DNA of 63,906 bases, the filler included, from an uncultured bacterium (GTDB lineage Bacteria; DAOPZR01), in the NCBI GenBank assembly GCA_964637655.1. It is 3 parts of 3 records of this genome, joined end to end, with 100 filler letters (N's around TTAATTAATTAA, not from the genome) between each part and the next. Parts side by side here need not be neighbours in the genome. Positions count along the whole stretch, not along the records: positions 28,143 to 54,821 come from CAZWUZ010000018.1; 2 more parts are not named here. The stretch is one strand, 5' to 3'. Positions within the stretch are counted from its first letter, which is position 1. Every line of letters starts with the position of its first letter. The position numbers were made by a program, and so were the translations under genes. This document shows, one piece after another, positions 41,051-50,889 of this stretch. Below the pieces are notes generated by a model that saw only the letters and a list, made by a program, of their open reading frames with translations, was not told the DNA's origin and did not search any database.

Positions 41051-41114
41051 AGTATACCCGCCCGGGTACTATCCAACCATTGGCAATTTCCACTTTCGCC
41101 TGACTTTTATCCGC
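41051..41114 (-). promoter_or_regulatory. Conserved regulon promoter, copy 2 (giant adhesin operon)
   Basis: GCGGATAAAAGTCAGGCGAAAGTGGAAATTGCCAATGG-N20-TATACT. Confidence 0.85.
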
Positions 41115-41135
41115 TGTGGTGCGCCGGGCAGCCGG

Positions 41136-41588
41136 CTACGCGGCGCATGCTGCCGGCAGGGTGCTGACACTCGTGGCTGATTCCCCGCTTGCCGGCACCA
41201 GCTGGCGCCGGCGCCCCGCGCCCGAAGCGAGATGGCTCGCCACCTTGGCCAGCAGAATCGTGCTGACTAACGGCTTGATGATGTAGTCATTGCCGCCGCT
41301 CTGGTACGCCCTGGTGACATCGGCCGATGCCCCGTGGCGGGAGAGCATGATGACGGGGATTGCCCGGGTGTGGGGATTGGCCTTGAGCTGGCGGCACACC
41401 TCGTGTCCATCCACATCCGGCAGTTCGCTCGCGAGCAGGATGAGGTCCGGCCGGTTGGCCACTGCCTGCGCCATCCCGAACCTGCCTTCCACCGCTGCCG
41501 TCACTTCGTGGCCGGGCTGCTGGCGGAAAATCATTTTGACCTGGTTCCGCATCCGGTAATCATCGTCAATCATCAGAATCCTGACCAT
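41136..41588 (-). CDS. Stand-alone receiver domain, atypical (phosphoacceptor Asp replaced)
   Basis: ILMIDDD...PDLILLASELPDVDG...IPVIMLS...DYIIKP. Confidence 0.88.
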   Translation of the reverse strand: MVRILMIDDDYRMRNQVKMIFRQQPGHEVTAAVEGRFGMAQAVANRPDLILLASELPDVDGHEVCRQLKANPHTRAIPVIMLSRHGASADVTRAYQSGGNDYIIKPLVSTILLAKVASHLASGAGRRRQLVPASGESATSVSTLPAACAA

Positions 41589-41641
41589 GCGTTCCCTCGC
41601 CCGAATAGCAGTGGCGGTGCACACCTCTGCCACCTGTCACA

Positions 41642-41704
41642 AGTATACGCGCCATGCTTGCGGCAACCATTGGCCCGATGCGCTTTGGCTTGACTTACAT
41701 GCAC
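41642..41704 (-). promoter_or_regulatory. Conserved regulon promoter, copy 3 (receiver gene)
   Basis: GTGCATGTAAGTCAAGCCAAAGCGCATCGGGCCAATGG-N19-TATACT. Confidence 0.75.
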
Positions 41705-41737
41705 CATGGCGGGCGCCAGCAGGGGCGTACGGCAGAC

Positions 41738-41764
41738 AAAAGCCGGGCGGGGTTCCCGCCCGGC
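41738..41764 (-). terminator. Intrinsic terminator after csbD-YtxH
   Basis: GCCGGGCGGG-AAC-CCCGCCCGGC stem followed by TTTT on the minus strand. Confidence 0.7.
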
Positions 41765-41779
41765 CGCTGCTGTACCTGA

Positions 41780-42112
41780 TTACTGCTGTTCGCGTGCGGT
41801 ACGGTACGCTTCTGTGCCCGCATGGACAGCAGCGTCAACTGCCTCCGTGCGGTTCTGCACCGAGGCCCGGCCCCGCTCAACTTTCCCGGCCACATAGTCC
41901 CGGGCGTGTTCAACCTTCCCGACCACATAGTCCCGGGCGTGATCATACTTCTCCACTGAACTGGCACGCAATCGCGCCGCATCTTCCGCCAACTTGTGCC
42001 GCGTTGCCGCTCCCGAAGCCGGCGCATACAACAGCGCCACCGCTGCACCCGTCAACGCTCCCAGCATGAAGGCCAGAGGCATCCCTCCGTATGTTGCACA
42101 TTTCATGGTCAT
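41780..42112 (-). CDS. YtxH-domain general stress protein
   Basis: FMLGALTGAAVALLYAP.SG..TR..L; 11-aa repeat HARDYV.GKVE. Confidence 0.88.
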   Translation of the reverse strand: MTMKCATYGGMPLAFMLGALTGAAVALLYAPASGAATRHKLAEDAARLRASSVEKYDHARDYVVGKVEHARDYVAGKVERGRASVQNRTEAVDAAVHAGTEAYRTAREQQ

Positions 42113-42137
42113 GTTTCGCCTTTCTATGGCCGCCACG

Positions 42138-42305
42138 TCAGGTACGCAGGCGCTGCGTGGCCCTGTCGGCGGCTTTCTCGACTACCCGTTCCGCATGGCC
42201 GATAGCCTGGTCCCGTTTGCCCTTCTGTCGCAATTTGCTGTTGCCCGCCAGCACCCCGGTCGCTTCTTCGATGCGTCCTTTGATGATGTCTGTCTTTCCA
42301 CCCAT
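42138..42305 (-). CDS. csbD: CsbD-family stress protein
   Basis: DIIKGRIEEATG.LAGN..L...G..DQ..G; SD AAGGGGG. Confidence 0.88.
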   Translation of the reverse strand: MGGKTDIIKGRIEEATGVLAGNSKLRQKGKRDQAIGHAERVVEKAADRATQRLRT

Positions 42306-42331
42306 GATGCTCACCCCCTTTTCCTGTGTCA

Positions 42332-42395
42332 AGTATACCCGTAACGGGTATTCACGCCCATTGGCAAGTTGCCCATTGTCCTGACCATTTTCCTG
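42332..42395 (-). promoter_or_regulatory. Conserved regulon promoter, copy 4 (csbD-YtxH)
   Basis: CAGGAAAATGGTCAGGACAATGGGCAACTTGCCAATGG-N20-TATACT. Confidence 0.8.
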
Positions 42396-42416
42396 CACTC
42401 TCCGTCCGGTTGTTCA

Positions 42417-43211
42417 TTATTGCCGGTACCGCTCGAGCAGCTGCCGGGCCGTCACGTTCTTCGGTTCGAGTTGGAGGCAGTACTCCCAGCACTGGATTGC
42501 CTGATCGCGATAGCCCTGATAATTGCGGCAGATGCCGAGGTACAGATAGGCCGGCGCACTGGTGGGCGTATGCCGCAGCAGGGTATCGTAGTAATATCCC
42601 GCATTGGCGTAATCGCCCAGTTGAAAATACGCCGCGCCGAGATTGTTCAGGCAACTGGTGTTGCCGGGTTCGAGCGTCACGGCCTGCAGATACCGCACCA
42701 CCGCGCCGGCATAGTCGCCGTTGGCGAACGCGCTGTTGCCGGTCATGAGCAGGTAGGCAACCGTCGGCGCGGGGGCCGGCACGGACGCGGGTGCAGCCAG
42801 TACGTCCATCGTCAATACGACCCGCCGGTTCAGCGCCCGCGCCTGCTCATCGACATTTTCGTAGCGCGGCTGCTCCTCGCCGAAACTTGACTCGATCAGC
42901 CGCTCCCGCGCAATCCCCTCTTCGTTCACCAGATACGCCATGGCCCGGTCGGCCCGCTGGCGTGCCAGCTGGTCGTTGTAGGCGTGCGACTCAAGGTCGC
43001 AGGTATGGCCGACCAGATACAGGTGCTGCTCAGGGTTGGCCCGAAGCATTTCCGCCACCCCGTGCAGCACCAGTTGGGAAACCGGCAGGAGTTCCGCCTG
43101 ATCGATGGTGAAATAGATGCGATGGACATCCTGCACATCCACGGCATACGCGTTCCCGCACAGCATCATCAGCACCGCGATACCCGCCAGTCCCGTCAGC
43201 ACATTTCTCAT
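42417..43211 (-). CDS. Exported OmpA-like peptidoglycan-binding domain + TPR protein
   Basis: IYF..D...GHTCD...N..LA..RA...FGEEQP...NRRV, then three TPRs. Confidence 0.9.
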   Translation of the reverse strand: MRNVLTGLAGIAVLMMLCGNAYAVDVQDVHRIYFTIDQAELLPVSQLVLHGVAEMLRANPEQHLYLVGHTCDLESHAYNDQLARQRADRAMAYLVNEEGIARERLIESSFGEEQPRYENVDEQARALNRRVVLTMDVLAAPASVPAPAPTVAYLLMTGNSAFANGDYAGAVVRYLQAVTLEPGNTSCLNNLGAAYFQLGDYANAGYYYDTLLRHTPTSAPAYLYLGICRNYQGYRDQAIQCWEYCLQLEPKNVTARQLLERYRQ

Positions 43212-43259
43212 GGTGCCATTGCCCCCGCCATACGCCGCATTCGTTTTCTTCCGTCAGCA

Positions 43260-43323
43260 AGTATACCCGCAATCGCCGGGTGCGACGATTGGCTTTTTCC
43301 GCATTGTATTGACTTTTCGCAAC
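43260..43323 (-). promoter_or_regulatory. Conserved regulon promoter, copy 5 (OmpA-TPR)
   Basis: GCGAAAAGTCAATACAATGCGGAAAAAGCCAATCG-N20-TATACT. Confidence 0.75.
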
Positions 43324-43447
43324 TATTCTCCTTCTCCCGCGGTGCAAAACGGGAGAGGGCAGGATGCCTCCGCGGGTCTCCGCATCTGAAGGCCTGCGGA
43401 GCCTTCCCCGCCTTCTCCCCCGACGGGGGAGAAGGTGAAGTACATAC
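43319..43447. mobile_element. Degenerate MITE/REP-like element
   Basis: Begins GCAACTATTC (cf. GTAACTATTC); hairpins TCTCCCG..CGGGAGA and CCTTCTCCCC..GGGGAGAAGG; right end decayed. Confidence 0.45.
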
Positions 43448-43521
43448 AGCGGCCTGAGAATGTGTGAAATATTGTCATTCCCGAGATATGCTATCGGGAA
43501 TCCAGAACTGCTGAGCAGTTT

Positions 43522-44081
43522 TTCACCGCTGAGCACACAGAGCACGCAGAGAGAAACATGGAGACGGAAAAGGACAACTCATCAGCAGGGGCAAACTATT
43601 TATGCCGTGGTAGCTGCGGGCTTCAGCCCGCGCAATACTGTTGCTGGTGCAAGCAGCGATAATCCCCCATACTCATTCACGACAGACAGCAGCACGAACG
43701 GATGACGCGTGCGCGCTCCGCGTGCTCTGTGTGCTCTGTGGTGAAAGCCATGACGCTCTGCAGTCCGTGCCGGTACCGCAAGGAACGGCAACTGCTTTAC
43801 CACTACGGAGCCAGCAGATTTTCTTCACCGCAGAGCACACAGAGCACACAGAGAGAAACATGGAGACGGAAAAGGACAGCTCATCAGCAGGGGAGAATTA
43901 TTTATGCCGTGGTAGCCGCGGGCTTCAGCCCGCGCAATACTGTTGCTGGTGCAAGCAGCGACAATCCCCCATACTCATTCACGACAGACAGCAGCACGAG
44001 CGGATGACGCGTGCGCGCTCCGTGTGCTCTGTGTGCTCTGTGGTGAAAGCCGTGACGCTCTGCATGCCGTGACGGTACCGC
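43522..44081. repeat. Tandem duplication of a ~258-bp palindrome-bounded unit (period 302 bp)
   Basis: 43522-43779 vs 43824-44081 near-identical; each has TTCACC.C.GAGCACACAGAGCAC ... GTGCTCTGTGTGCTCTGTGGTGAA inverted arms and an internal GTAG-REP hairpin. Confidence 0.9.
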
Positions 44082-44167
44082 TATAATGCATTTTTTCACA
44101 CCTGCTGAATAGTTACGTTATCCCGCGCCGGCACCGGTCGGTCCGGTTCATGCCGGTCGTGGGCCAC

Positions 44168-44953
44168 TCAGTGCCGCGGTGGATAATTGTCACTCGAACG
44201 TTTGTTGAATGACTTTGGTTTGGTCAGCGCGGTCAGCACCGCCGGCTGCCGGTCATCATTGGCCGCACGGGCTCGGGACGCCGCCGGGACAAATGGTGCT
44301 GCCGGGCCCGCACCAGCTGCCGGAGCAGCCGTGAGTTGTTCGAGCCGGGCAATGATATCGAGCGGGTACAACGGCTTTTTGAGGAACGCGTTCATCCCGC
44401 ACACGGCGGCTATCTGCTGCGGATCGCCATCACCGGCATACCCCGATATGCCGATGATCGGGATCGCGGCGGTTTCCTGGAATTTCCGCAGGTACCACGC
44501 CGCCTGATAACCGTTGACCTTGTTCATCTTGATATCGAGGATGATCACCGCCGGTTTCACCCGGTGCACGGCATTCAACGCGGCCACGCTGTCGACAAAC
44601 GCCTCGACCGCATAGCCGGCACAACTCAGCAGATCAGCCAGTTCGTCCGCAAATATCTCATCGTCATCGACAATCATCACTTTCATCGGGGCGGCTTTCG
44701 CTCCCGACAGCACCGCCGGCTGTGCATCAGCGGGTTGGTCCGGCATGACCCCGGCAGCAATGCCGCAGCATGCCGGTGGCGCTTCCTGCCCGGCATGCCC
44801 GCCAGTTCCGGCACGTCGATGCTGGCCGGTGGTGCGCGCCGGGCAATAATATGCAAGGTCGGCACCGGCATCGGCAAGCGCGTTGTCATCCGGCAGTACA
44901 CCCGGCATTGCCAGCGCAAACCCCTGAGCGTTCTCGATGATCTGTACTTTCAT
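44168..44953 (-). CDS. Receiver-domain protein with low-complexity extensions, no output domain
   Basis: KVMIVDDD...VIILDIKM...IPIIGISG...FLKKP; SD GGGGGAG at the long start. Confidence 0.82.
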   Translation of the reverse strand: MKVQIIENAQGFALAMPGVLPDDNALADAGADLAYYCPARTTGQHRRAGTGGHAGQEAPPACCGIAAGVMPDQPADAQPAVLSGAKAAPMKVMIVDDDEIFADELADLLSCAGYAVEAFVDSVAALNAVHRVKPAVIILDIKMNKVNGYQAAWYLRKFQETAAIPIIGISGYAGDGDPQQIAAVCGMNAFLKKPLYPLDIIARLEQLTAAPAAGAGPAAPFVPAASRARAANDDRQPAVLTALTKPKSFNKRSSDNYPPRH

Positions 44954-45045
44954 GTACCCGTTCTCCCCCCCTGCAATAGTAGCCGCAGCCGCGGCCTGAA
45001 CACACCGGTCAAAGCACCATGCGACAGGTGGAGAATAGTGTCCGG

Positions 45046-45243
45046 CTAACCTTCCCAGTGCAATTCAATGAACAATTCAAGTTTGATGCGGTTGACGCAC
45101 GGGCCCACGCCCCGCCCGCCTACGGGTAGCGCAATGGTCGCGCGTCGGATGTCGGGCAGGTCAGGTGCCGAACCCGGCACCAGCAACGCCTGCCGGGCGA
45201 CCACTCGCCCGCGTCTGGTTTCGCTGCTGCCTGCTTTGGCCAT
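45046..45243 (-). CDS. Small hypothetical protein
   Basis: SD CAGGAG before ATG; no recognisable family. Confidence 0.35.
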   Translation of the reverse strand: MAKAGSSETRRGRVVARQALLVPGSAPDLPDIRRATIALPVGGRGVGPCVNRIKLELFIELHWEG

Positions 45244-45496
45244 GAACACTTCTCCTGGTGGCAAATATTCCGCCGTTCACTACCTTCGTTGTCGTGATAG
45301 TATGGGCGCCCGGTTGCCGGACACGTGCCGGCAACTGCAGTCCCATGGCCACGCCGGTGACAGCACGGCGGATGTTCCCTACCGGTGGCACGGTGCTCGC
45401 CCGTGCGGTGACAGGTTTGCCTGCCCTTGCTGCCGGCGCATTATGCCGCCAGCCGGCGGTCAGGCGCGACTTCGGCCGGTATCCCCTCATGATCAT
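45161..45496 (-). CDS. Small basic hypothetical protein
   Basis: Strong SD AGGAGGAG before ATG 45496, directly below regulon promoter copy 6. Confidence 0.4.
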   Translation of the reverse strand: MIMRGYRPKSRLTAGWRHNAPAARAGKPVTARASTVPPVGNIRRAVTGVAMGLQLPARVRQPGAHTITTTKVVNGGIFATRRSVHGQSRQQRNQTRASGRPAGVAGAGFGT

Positions 45497-45540
45497 AACG
45501 CTCCTCCTGCTTGCTTGCTTCGGTCCGGATATCCTCAAGT

Positions 45541-45604
45541 AGTATAACCACTATCAGACGATCAGCCCATTGGCAGTTTCCGCTTTGTCCTGACTATTAT
45601 CCGC
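45541..45604 (-). promoter_or_regulatory. Conserved regulon promoter, copy 6
   Basis: GCGGATAATAGTCAGGACAAAGCGGAAACTGCCAATGG-N20-TATACT (closest to consensus). Confidence 0.85.
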
Positions 45605-45684
45605 AAGCCGCAGCCGGCGAAACAGCCGCGCGTCGCGCTGGTCGTGCCTGCTCCCGCTGCAGTTACCCGGCAGCGTGCAACCGG

Positions 45685-45996
45685 TCAAGTATGTTTTTGC
45701 CGGAACAGCACACTGCTGGCCATCACCACCAGCCAGCAGGTGAACATGGCCAGCAGCGTGGCATATTCAAACGTACTGCCCGCTGCCTGATTGCTGCGAA
45801 TCACCTGAAAAAACGGTGCGACCACGACTGCCGTCAGGCCATAAACCGCCTGCGCAAACCATGTTTCCGGACCGGCCCCAGACAGTTTCAGGACAAACCG
45901 CAGCGCCAGCAGCGCTTCCACCAGCAGCAATAGCGACCAGGCAAGACGAATGCCAATGTTTTTCGGCTTTCCCGCAACGGCAGTGGCGGTATACAT
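45685..45996 (-). CDS. YggT-like small membrane protein
   Basis: EALLALRFVLKL.GA.....F...VY..T...VAPF...EYATLLAM. Confidence 0.8.
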   Translation of the reverse strand: MYTATAVAGKPKNIGIRLAWSLLLLVEALLALRFVLKLSGAGPETWFAQAVYGLTAVVVAPFFQVIRSNQAAGSTFEYATLLAMFTCWLVVMASSVLFRQKHT

Positions 45997-46063
45997 GCGC
46001 TGTTCCCTGCTCTCCGCGCGTACCGGTTGCGCCGGTACCGCGCACGTTTCAGTGCCTGATCAC

Positions 46064-46127
46064 AGTATATCCGCAGCGGTTGCTCACGACCAGTGGCAAA
46101 TGCCGCAATTCATTGACGTTTATCCGC
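46064..46127 (-). promoter_or_regulatory. Conserved regulon promoter, copy 7 (YggT-like)
   Basis: GCGGATAAACGTCAATGAATTGCGGCATTTGCCACTGG-N20-TATACT. Confidence 0.78.
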
Positions 46128-46146
46128 AGCACTATCCCGTGTCAGG

Positions 46147-46623
46147 TTATGGCACATGCGCGGCGATCCAGACGCCCATAACGTGCGCGATAACAATGAC
46201 GAGCACCGCCACCCCGAGATGTTCGCCGATAACTTTCCACGGGCGCTCCCGCTGATTGCGGGCGATGCAGTAGCTGAGAACAGCCAGCACGGACAGGCCC
46301 CACGCCGCACTCACCACGATCGCCGTGGCGAGCGGCAGCAGCAGCACCGGAATGAGGAAGGTCAGGGCAAACCCGAACTTGGTCAGCAAGGTCATCAGCG
46401 TTGAGCGCCAGACCTCGCGCGGCGTATGCGCGTTTTCACCCTCCTCGGCAACGTGGATGCCCAGCGCATCGGAAAACGAATCAGCGACGGCAATGGTCAT
46501 GATCCCACCCATTACCACCGCCGTTGATTGCGTCTCCGCATGCAAGCCGACCATCAGCCCCAGCGTGGTGATGGCACCCGACGTCAGGCCGAACGAAAAC
46601 CCCTTGCTAATCCGCCGCGGCAT
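46147..46623 (-). CDS. VIT1/CCC1-family membrane protein
   Basis: SFGLTSGAITTLGLMVG...IAVADSFSDALGIHVAEE. Confidence 0.85.
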   Translation of the reverse strand: MPRRISKGFSFGLTSGAITTLGLMVGLHAETQSTAVVMGGIMTIAVADSFSDALGIHVAEEGENAHTPREVWRSTLMTLLTKFGFALTFLIPVLLLPLATAIVVSAAWGLSVLAVLSYCIARNQRERPWKVIGEHLGVAVLVIVIAHVMGVWIAAHVP

Positions 46624-46843
46624 GTATCGTCTCCCGGTCACCCGGGGTGCGGTCGCCGCCACCGTGCGCAGCCCGCCGGGCCGGTCGTACAACCTGCACC
46701 AGTTTGCGCACCAGCGCGCGGCGCGACGTCACTGCCGTCAGTCCCGCCGCTGATGCCCCGCACGCCGTCAGCACGTCTTCAGCCGGCCGGTTGTGCCACC
46801 CCTTGTCCGGCGGTGACGCGCTGACCGCATCCTGCGGCATCAT
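46607..46843 (-). pseudogene. N-terminal remnant of a cation-transporting P-type ATPase
   Basis: WHNRPAEDVL...AAGLT....RR resembles Cation_ATPase_N; ATGA-coupled to tal; rest of gene absent. Confidence 0.5.
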
Positions 46844-47991
46844 GCGACAGTGCTCTCCAGCAGGGCATGCAACCCTGACCTTTGCGCGAGGGTTGCCAGC
46901 AACGCGTCGAACGGCTGGCTGAATTTGGCGACCCCTTCTTCCGCCAACTGCCGGGTGAGGGTGTCGAGGTTGATGCCCAGCTGCCCCAGCAGCGCCAGCA
47001 CGTGACGGGCTTCCTCCACCGCCTGTCCGAGCCGTGCCTCCGGCCGGCCGTGGTCGCGATAGGCCGCAAGCGTTTCGCGGGGAATGGTGGTGACCGTACC
47101 CGGGGCGATCAGGGCCTCGATATACTTGATGTCACTGTAGTCCGGGTTCTTGGTGCCGGTACTTGCCCACAGCAGCCGCTGCACCCGGGCGCCCTGCGCG
47201 GCCAGTTCGCCAAATCGTTCGCTGCTGAACAGTTCCCGGCTGAGGTGATACGCCATGGCCGCGCTGGCGCTGGCGACCTGCCCGCAGGCCCTGGTCGCGA
47301 GGTCGGCCGGCGCACCGCCCCGGGCGATGATTGCCGCCAGCAGCGGGTCCACCAGCGCATCGATACGGCTGACAAAGAAACTGGCCACGGAAGCCACATA
47401 CTGCACCGGCTTGCCCTGCTCCACCCGCACCGCAATGCCCTCGATATACGCCTCGGCCACCTCGCGGTAGCGCGACACCGCGAAGAGCAGGGTGGCATTG
47501 ACGTTGATCCCCTCGCTGATAAGCAGCCGGATGGCGGGCAGCCCGGCGTCTGTCGCCGGCACCTTGATCATGACGTTCGGCCGGTGCAGCGCGGCCCACA
47601 GTCGGCGGGCTTCGTCCACCGTCCCGCTGGTGTCATACGCCAGATCAGGATTTACCTCCAAACTGACATAGCCGTCCCGGCCATCGGATGCATCATAGAG
47701 CGGGCGGAACACTTCGGCAGCACTCTGCACATCATGCTGGCTGATGGCTTCGTATATTTCGCCGGCACTCTTCCCCGCCACGGTCAGGTAGTTGATATGC
47801 TTGTCGTAATCATGGCTCCCGTCAATCGCCGCGGCGAATATGGCCGGGTTCGAGGTCATGCCCCGCAAACCATCCTCGTCGATAAGACGCTGGAGCCCGC
47901 CGCCGGTGAGCAAATCACGCCGGATATAGTCCAGCCACACTGACTGCCCGAGTGTCGCCAGTTGTTGCAGTGGATTCGTCTGCATTGCCAT
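46840..47991 (-). CDS. tal: Transaldolase
   Basis: GQSVWLD, GMTSNPAIF, VSLEV.P, NVMIKVPAT, SVASFFVSRID, QRLLWASTGTKNP. Confidence 0.96.
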   Translation of the reverse strand: MAMQTNPLQQLATLGQSVWLDYIRRDLLTGGGLQRLIDEDGLRGMTSNPAIFAAAIDGSHDYDKHINYLTVAGKSAGEIYEAISQHDVQSAAEVFRPLYDASDGRDGYVSLEVNPDLAYDTSGTVDEARRLWAALHRPNVMIKVPATDAGLPAIRLLISEGINVNATLLFAVSRYREVAEAYIEGIAVRVEQGKPVQYVASVASFFVSRIDALVDPLLAAIIARGGAPADLATRACGQVASASAAMAYHLSRELFSSERFGELAAQGARVQRLLWASTGTKNPDYSDIKYIEALIAPGTVTTIPRETLAAYRDHGRPEARLGQAVEEARHVLALLGQLGINLDTLTRQLAEEGVAKFSQPFDALLATLAQRSGLHALLESTVA

Positions 47992-48078
47992 AGCCTTCGC
48001 TTTCCGGTACGGGCTTCACCTGCTTCCCGTCACGGAAAACAGGCAATAGCCGGCCTGAACAGGTGCCGCTACTCTACC

Positions 48079-48142
48079 ATTGTAGCCGCGATGGTCAGCG
48101 GTGACCATTGGCTGTTTCCTCTTTGGCTTGTCGTATCTCCGC
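48079..48142 (-). promoter_or_regulatory. Conserved regulon promoter, copy 8 (tal operon)
   Basis: GCGGAGATACGACAAGCCAAAGAGGAAACAGCCAATGG-N20-TACAAT. Confidence 0.8.
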
Positions 48143-48268
48143 AGCAGCTACAGCAGCCGGGGCACAACCGGGTCACGCTGCTGTCAATGAGGATCCTCGT
48201 GTTTTCCGGCAATGCCCGCGCTGGTCAACCATGCGCGTGCCGCGCAGCACATCGCCCGGTAACATCCG

Positions 48269-49138
48269 TCATATGTCACCGCTGACGTGCATGAGCGCCT
48301 CGAGTTTGCGGGGAGCTGTCGGCTGACGGAAGTAAAGCGGGGTCTTGTCGGTGAGATTGCCGGGGACCGCCTCCTCGAAAACCGGTTTGGGCGGCGCGGT
48401 ATACATCACCCCGAGGCAATAGCGGTCTTTTTCCACTGCTTTGGCAAACGCCGCTGCGCGGTTGGTCGGGTCCCAGGCATCGTCCAGATAATAGGTATGA
48501 TCCTGGTACCATTTGTAAGTATTGGTTTTATTGAAAGTGATGCATGGTTGGAAAATATCGACCAGACTGTACCCCTTATGGCGGAGCGCGGCCTTGACGA
48601 TGGTCACGGCCTTGGGGATATCGCTGGAAAAGGCGCGCGCGACGAATGACGCATCGAGCGCCAACGCGACGGCGACCGGATTGAAGGGTTCATTGATTAC
48701 GCCCGCAACCTGCACCGGCGTGGTAAAGCCCCGCTCCGAAGTTGGCGAGGCCTGCCCCTTGGTCAGGACGTACACCATGTTATTGTGCACGAGTTGCGTG
48801 ATATCCGGGTTCCGGCGGATCGTCGCGAGGAAATGGTTGCCCCCTTCGCCGTACATATCGCCATCGCCCCCCTCGGCGATCACGGTGAGGGTCGGGTTCG
48901 CGGCCTTGATACCGGTCGCGACCGGCAAGGCCCGGCCGTGCAGGCCGTTGAACATGTTGGTGCGAAAATACTGCGGCGTCTTGGCCGCCTGGCCGATGCC
49001 GCTCACCACGACGAGGTCGCGGGGCGCAAGGCCGAGTTCCGCGCACGCCTGCCTGACGATTTGCAGAATGGCAAAGTTCCCGCAACCCGGACACCAGGCG
49101 ACGTCGCAGCCGGCAAGGTCAAAGGGAGTGGCGCTCAT
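48269..49138 (-). CDS. korB: 2-oxoacid:ferredoxin oxidoreductase beta subunit
   Basis: [31 protein letters not shown]. Confidence 0.93.
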   Translation of the reverse strand: MSATPFDLAGCDVAWCPGCGNFAILQIVRQACAELGLAPRDLVVVSGIGQAAKTPQYFRTNMFNGLHGRALPVATGIKAANPTLTVIAEGGDGDMYGEGGNHFLATIRRNPDITQLVHNNMVYVLTKGQASPTSERGFTTPVQVAGVINEPFNPVAVALALDASFVARAFSSDIPKAVTIVKAALRHKGYSLVDIFQPCITFNKTNTYKWYQDHTYYLDDAWDPTNRAAAFAKAVEKDRYCLGVMYTAPPKPVFEEAVPGNLTDKTPLYFRQPTAPRKLEALMHVSGDI

Positions 49139-50889
49139 GCGGTCGGCTCCTGCCCGATGATTTTCGCCAGGTCGGCGGCGAGCCCGTCGGCGGTAAAGGG
49201 ATGGCCGTCGTAGCGGAGGATGCGCTCGTCGATCCTGACCCGGCCATATTGTTCGAGCACCCGGCCGAACTGGGCGGTGGCATTGCCTTCGACGAGGATT
49301 CGCCGGCGACTGGTGGCGCAGAATTCGCCGGTGCCGGACGCGAGCGGGAACACCTGGGTGAAATGCAGCACGCTGACATCCTGCCGGTCGAGACGGGCGA
49401 CCGCCTCGCACACTGCCGCCAGTGACGAGCCCCAGCAGAGCACAAGATGCGCGCTGTCCGGACTGCCATACAGCGAGGGCGGAACCGCCCCCGCACTGAC
49501 GCGTTCGGCCTTGCGCAGGCGCTTCTCGACCATGTTCTTGCGGACCTCGCTGTCCTCGGTGATATAGCCGGTTTCCGTATGCTCGTCACTGTCACATGCG
49601 ACGATGCCGTCGCCGTGGCCCGGAATCCCGCGCGGTGAAATCCCGTCCGGCGTCAGGGCATAGCGACGATAGTCCCCGTTCGTCCTGACGATTCGTACCG
49701 CGGGTGGCACGTCGGCGACAGCGAAGGGCGCGGTCAAGGCATACGTGTCGAGCAGGTACTGGTCGGTGAGGACGAATACCGGGACCTGATACTCATCGGC
49801 CGCAGCAAACGCGCGGCGGGCAAGTGCAAATGCCTGGGTCAGTGAGCCCGGGGCGAAGATGATGCGCGGGAACTCGCCGTGACCCGCATACAGCGCGAGG
49901 TCGAGGTCGCCCTGTTCGGTGCGCGTCGGTAAACCGGTTGCCGGGCCGGGGCGCTGCCCGAGGTGAATGACTGCTGGCGACTCGATCATGCCCGCGAGGC
50001 TCACGGTCTCGGTCATCAAACTGAACCCGCCGCCCGAGGTCGTGACCATGGCCCGGGCGCCCGCATACCAGGCGCCGAGCGCCATATTCAGCGCCGCGAT
50101 TTCGTCCTCGGCCTGTTCGACAACCACGCCGAATTCACGCCCTTCGCGGGCGAGGAAATTCAGGACCGCAGTCGCAGGCGACATGGGATAGGAGGAAATG
50201 AAGTTGCACCCGCCGGCCAGACAACCGAACCCGACGGCATCCGCCCCGTTGAACAGGAGCATGTTGTTTACTTCGGGGTCCGCCGTGATCCGGCAGGACA
50301 GCCGGCCATCAGCCGCCAGCGCGGCGCCGGCCGCGTAACCGCTCCGGGCTGCAGCAAGATTCTTCGCGACGATATCAGGCGTTTTGCCCGCGAAGTACCT
50401 GGCGAGTTGGCGCTCGATGAGGCCGGCTTCGATGCCGAACAGACCAAGGAGCGCACCGGCCGCAACGGTATTCTCGAACAGCGGTCCCCCCGCTGCGACG
50501 GCAAGCGCGGCAAAGGGAATATCAAACGCCGGCCGGTCGAACGGAACCTTCGCCCGATCAGCGATGATTGCGGTTTGTTCCGTTACTGCCCGGCCAAGAT
50601 GCGGCAGCGCATCCCTATCGAGCGGCACGCAGATATCAATACGGTCGAGCGGGGCAGCGACAGGTTTGGTCGCGACCCTGATCATGGTCGAGTTGCTGCC
50701 GCCCCGGATCCGCGACATGAGTTCGCTGGTCGAAAACACCTGATAGCCGGCAGCCGCAAAGACGCGGTTGAGGAACTGTTCGATGGTCTGCAGTCCGCGA
50801 CCCGCCTCGCCGCACAGCACAATCGTGAGGTCATCCCTGAGTACAACCGGTATGCGTGGCGTGTCGATGGCTCGCCTCCTTGGCGTCAA
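49135..50889 (-). CDS. korA: 2-oxoacid:acceptor oxidoreductase alpha subunit (gamma-alpha fusion)
   Basis: [43 protein letters not shown]; start codon ambiguous (see findings). Confidence 0.93.
   Translation of the reverse strand: MTPRRRAIDTPRIPVVLRDDLTIVLCGEAGRGLQTIEQFLNRVFAAAGYQVFSTSELMSRIRGGSNSTMIRVATKPVAAPLDRIDICVPLDRDALPHLGRAVTEQTAIIADRAKVPFDRPAFDIPFAALAVAAGGPLFENTVAAGALLGLFGIEAGLIERQLARYFAGKTPDIVAKNLAAARSGYAAGAALAADGRLSCRITADPEVNNMLLFNGADAVGFGCLAGGCNFISSYPMSPATAVLNFLAREGREFGVVVEQAEDEIAALNMALGAWYAGARAMVTTSGGGFSLMTETVSLAGMIESPAVIHLGQRPGPATGLPTRTEQGDLDLALYAGHGEFPRIIFAPGSLTQAFALARRAFAAADEYQVPVFVLTDQYLLDTYALTAPFAVADVPPAVRIVRTNGDYRRYALTPDGISPRGIPGHGDGIVACDSDEHTETGYITEDSEVRKNMVEKRLRKAERVSAGAVPPSLYGSPDSAHLVLCWGSSLAAVCEAVARLDRQDVSVLHFTQVFPLASGTGEFCATSRRRILVEGNATAQFGRVLEQYGRVRIDERILRYDGHPFTADGLAADLAKIIGQEPTA

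Noticed and set aside
43522-44081. CRISPR array, or short ORFs in the repeat
   Set aside because: Only two long units with near-identical interiors, no unique spacers and no cas genes; the ORFs are repeat translations.
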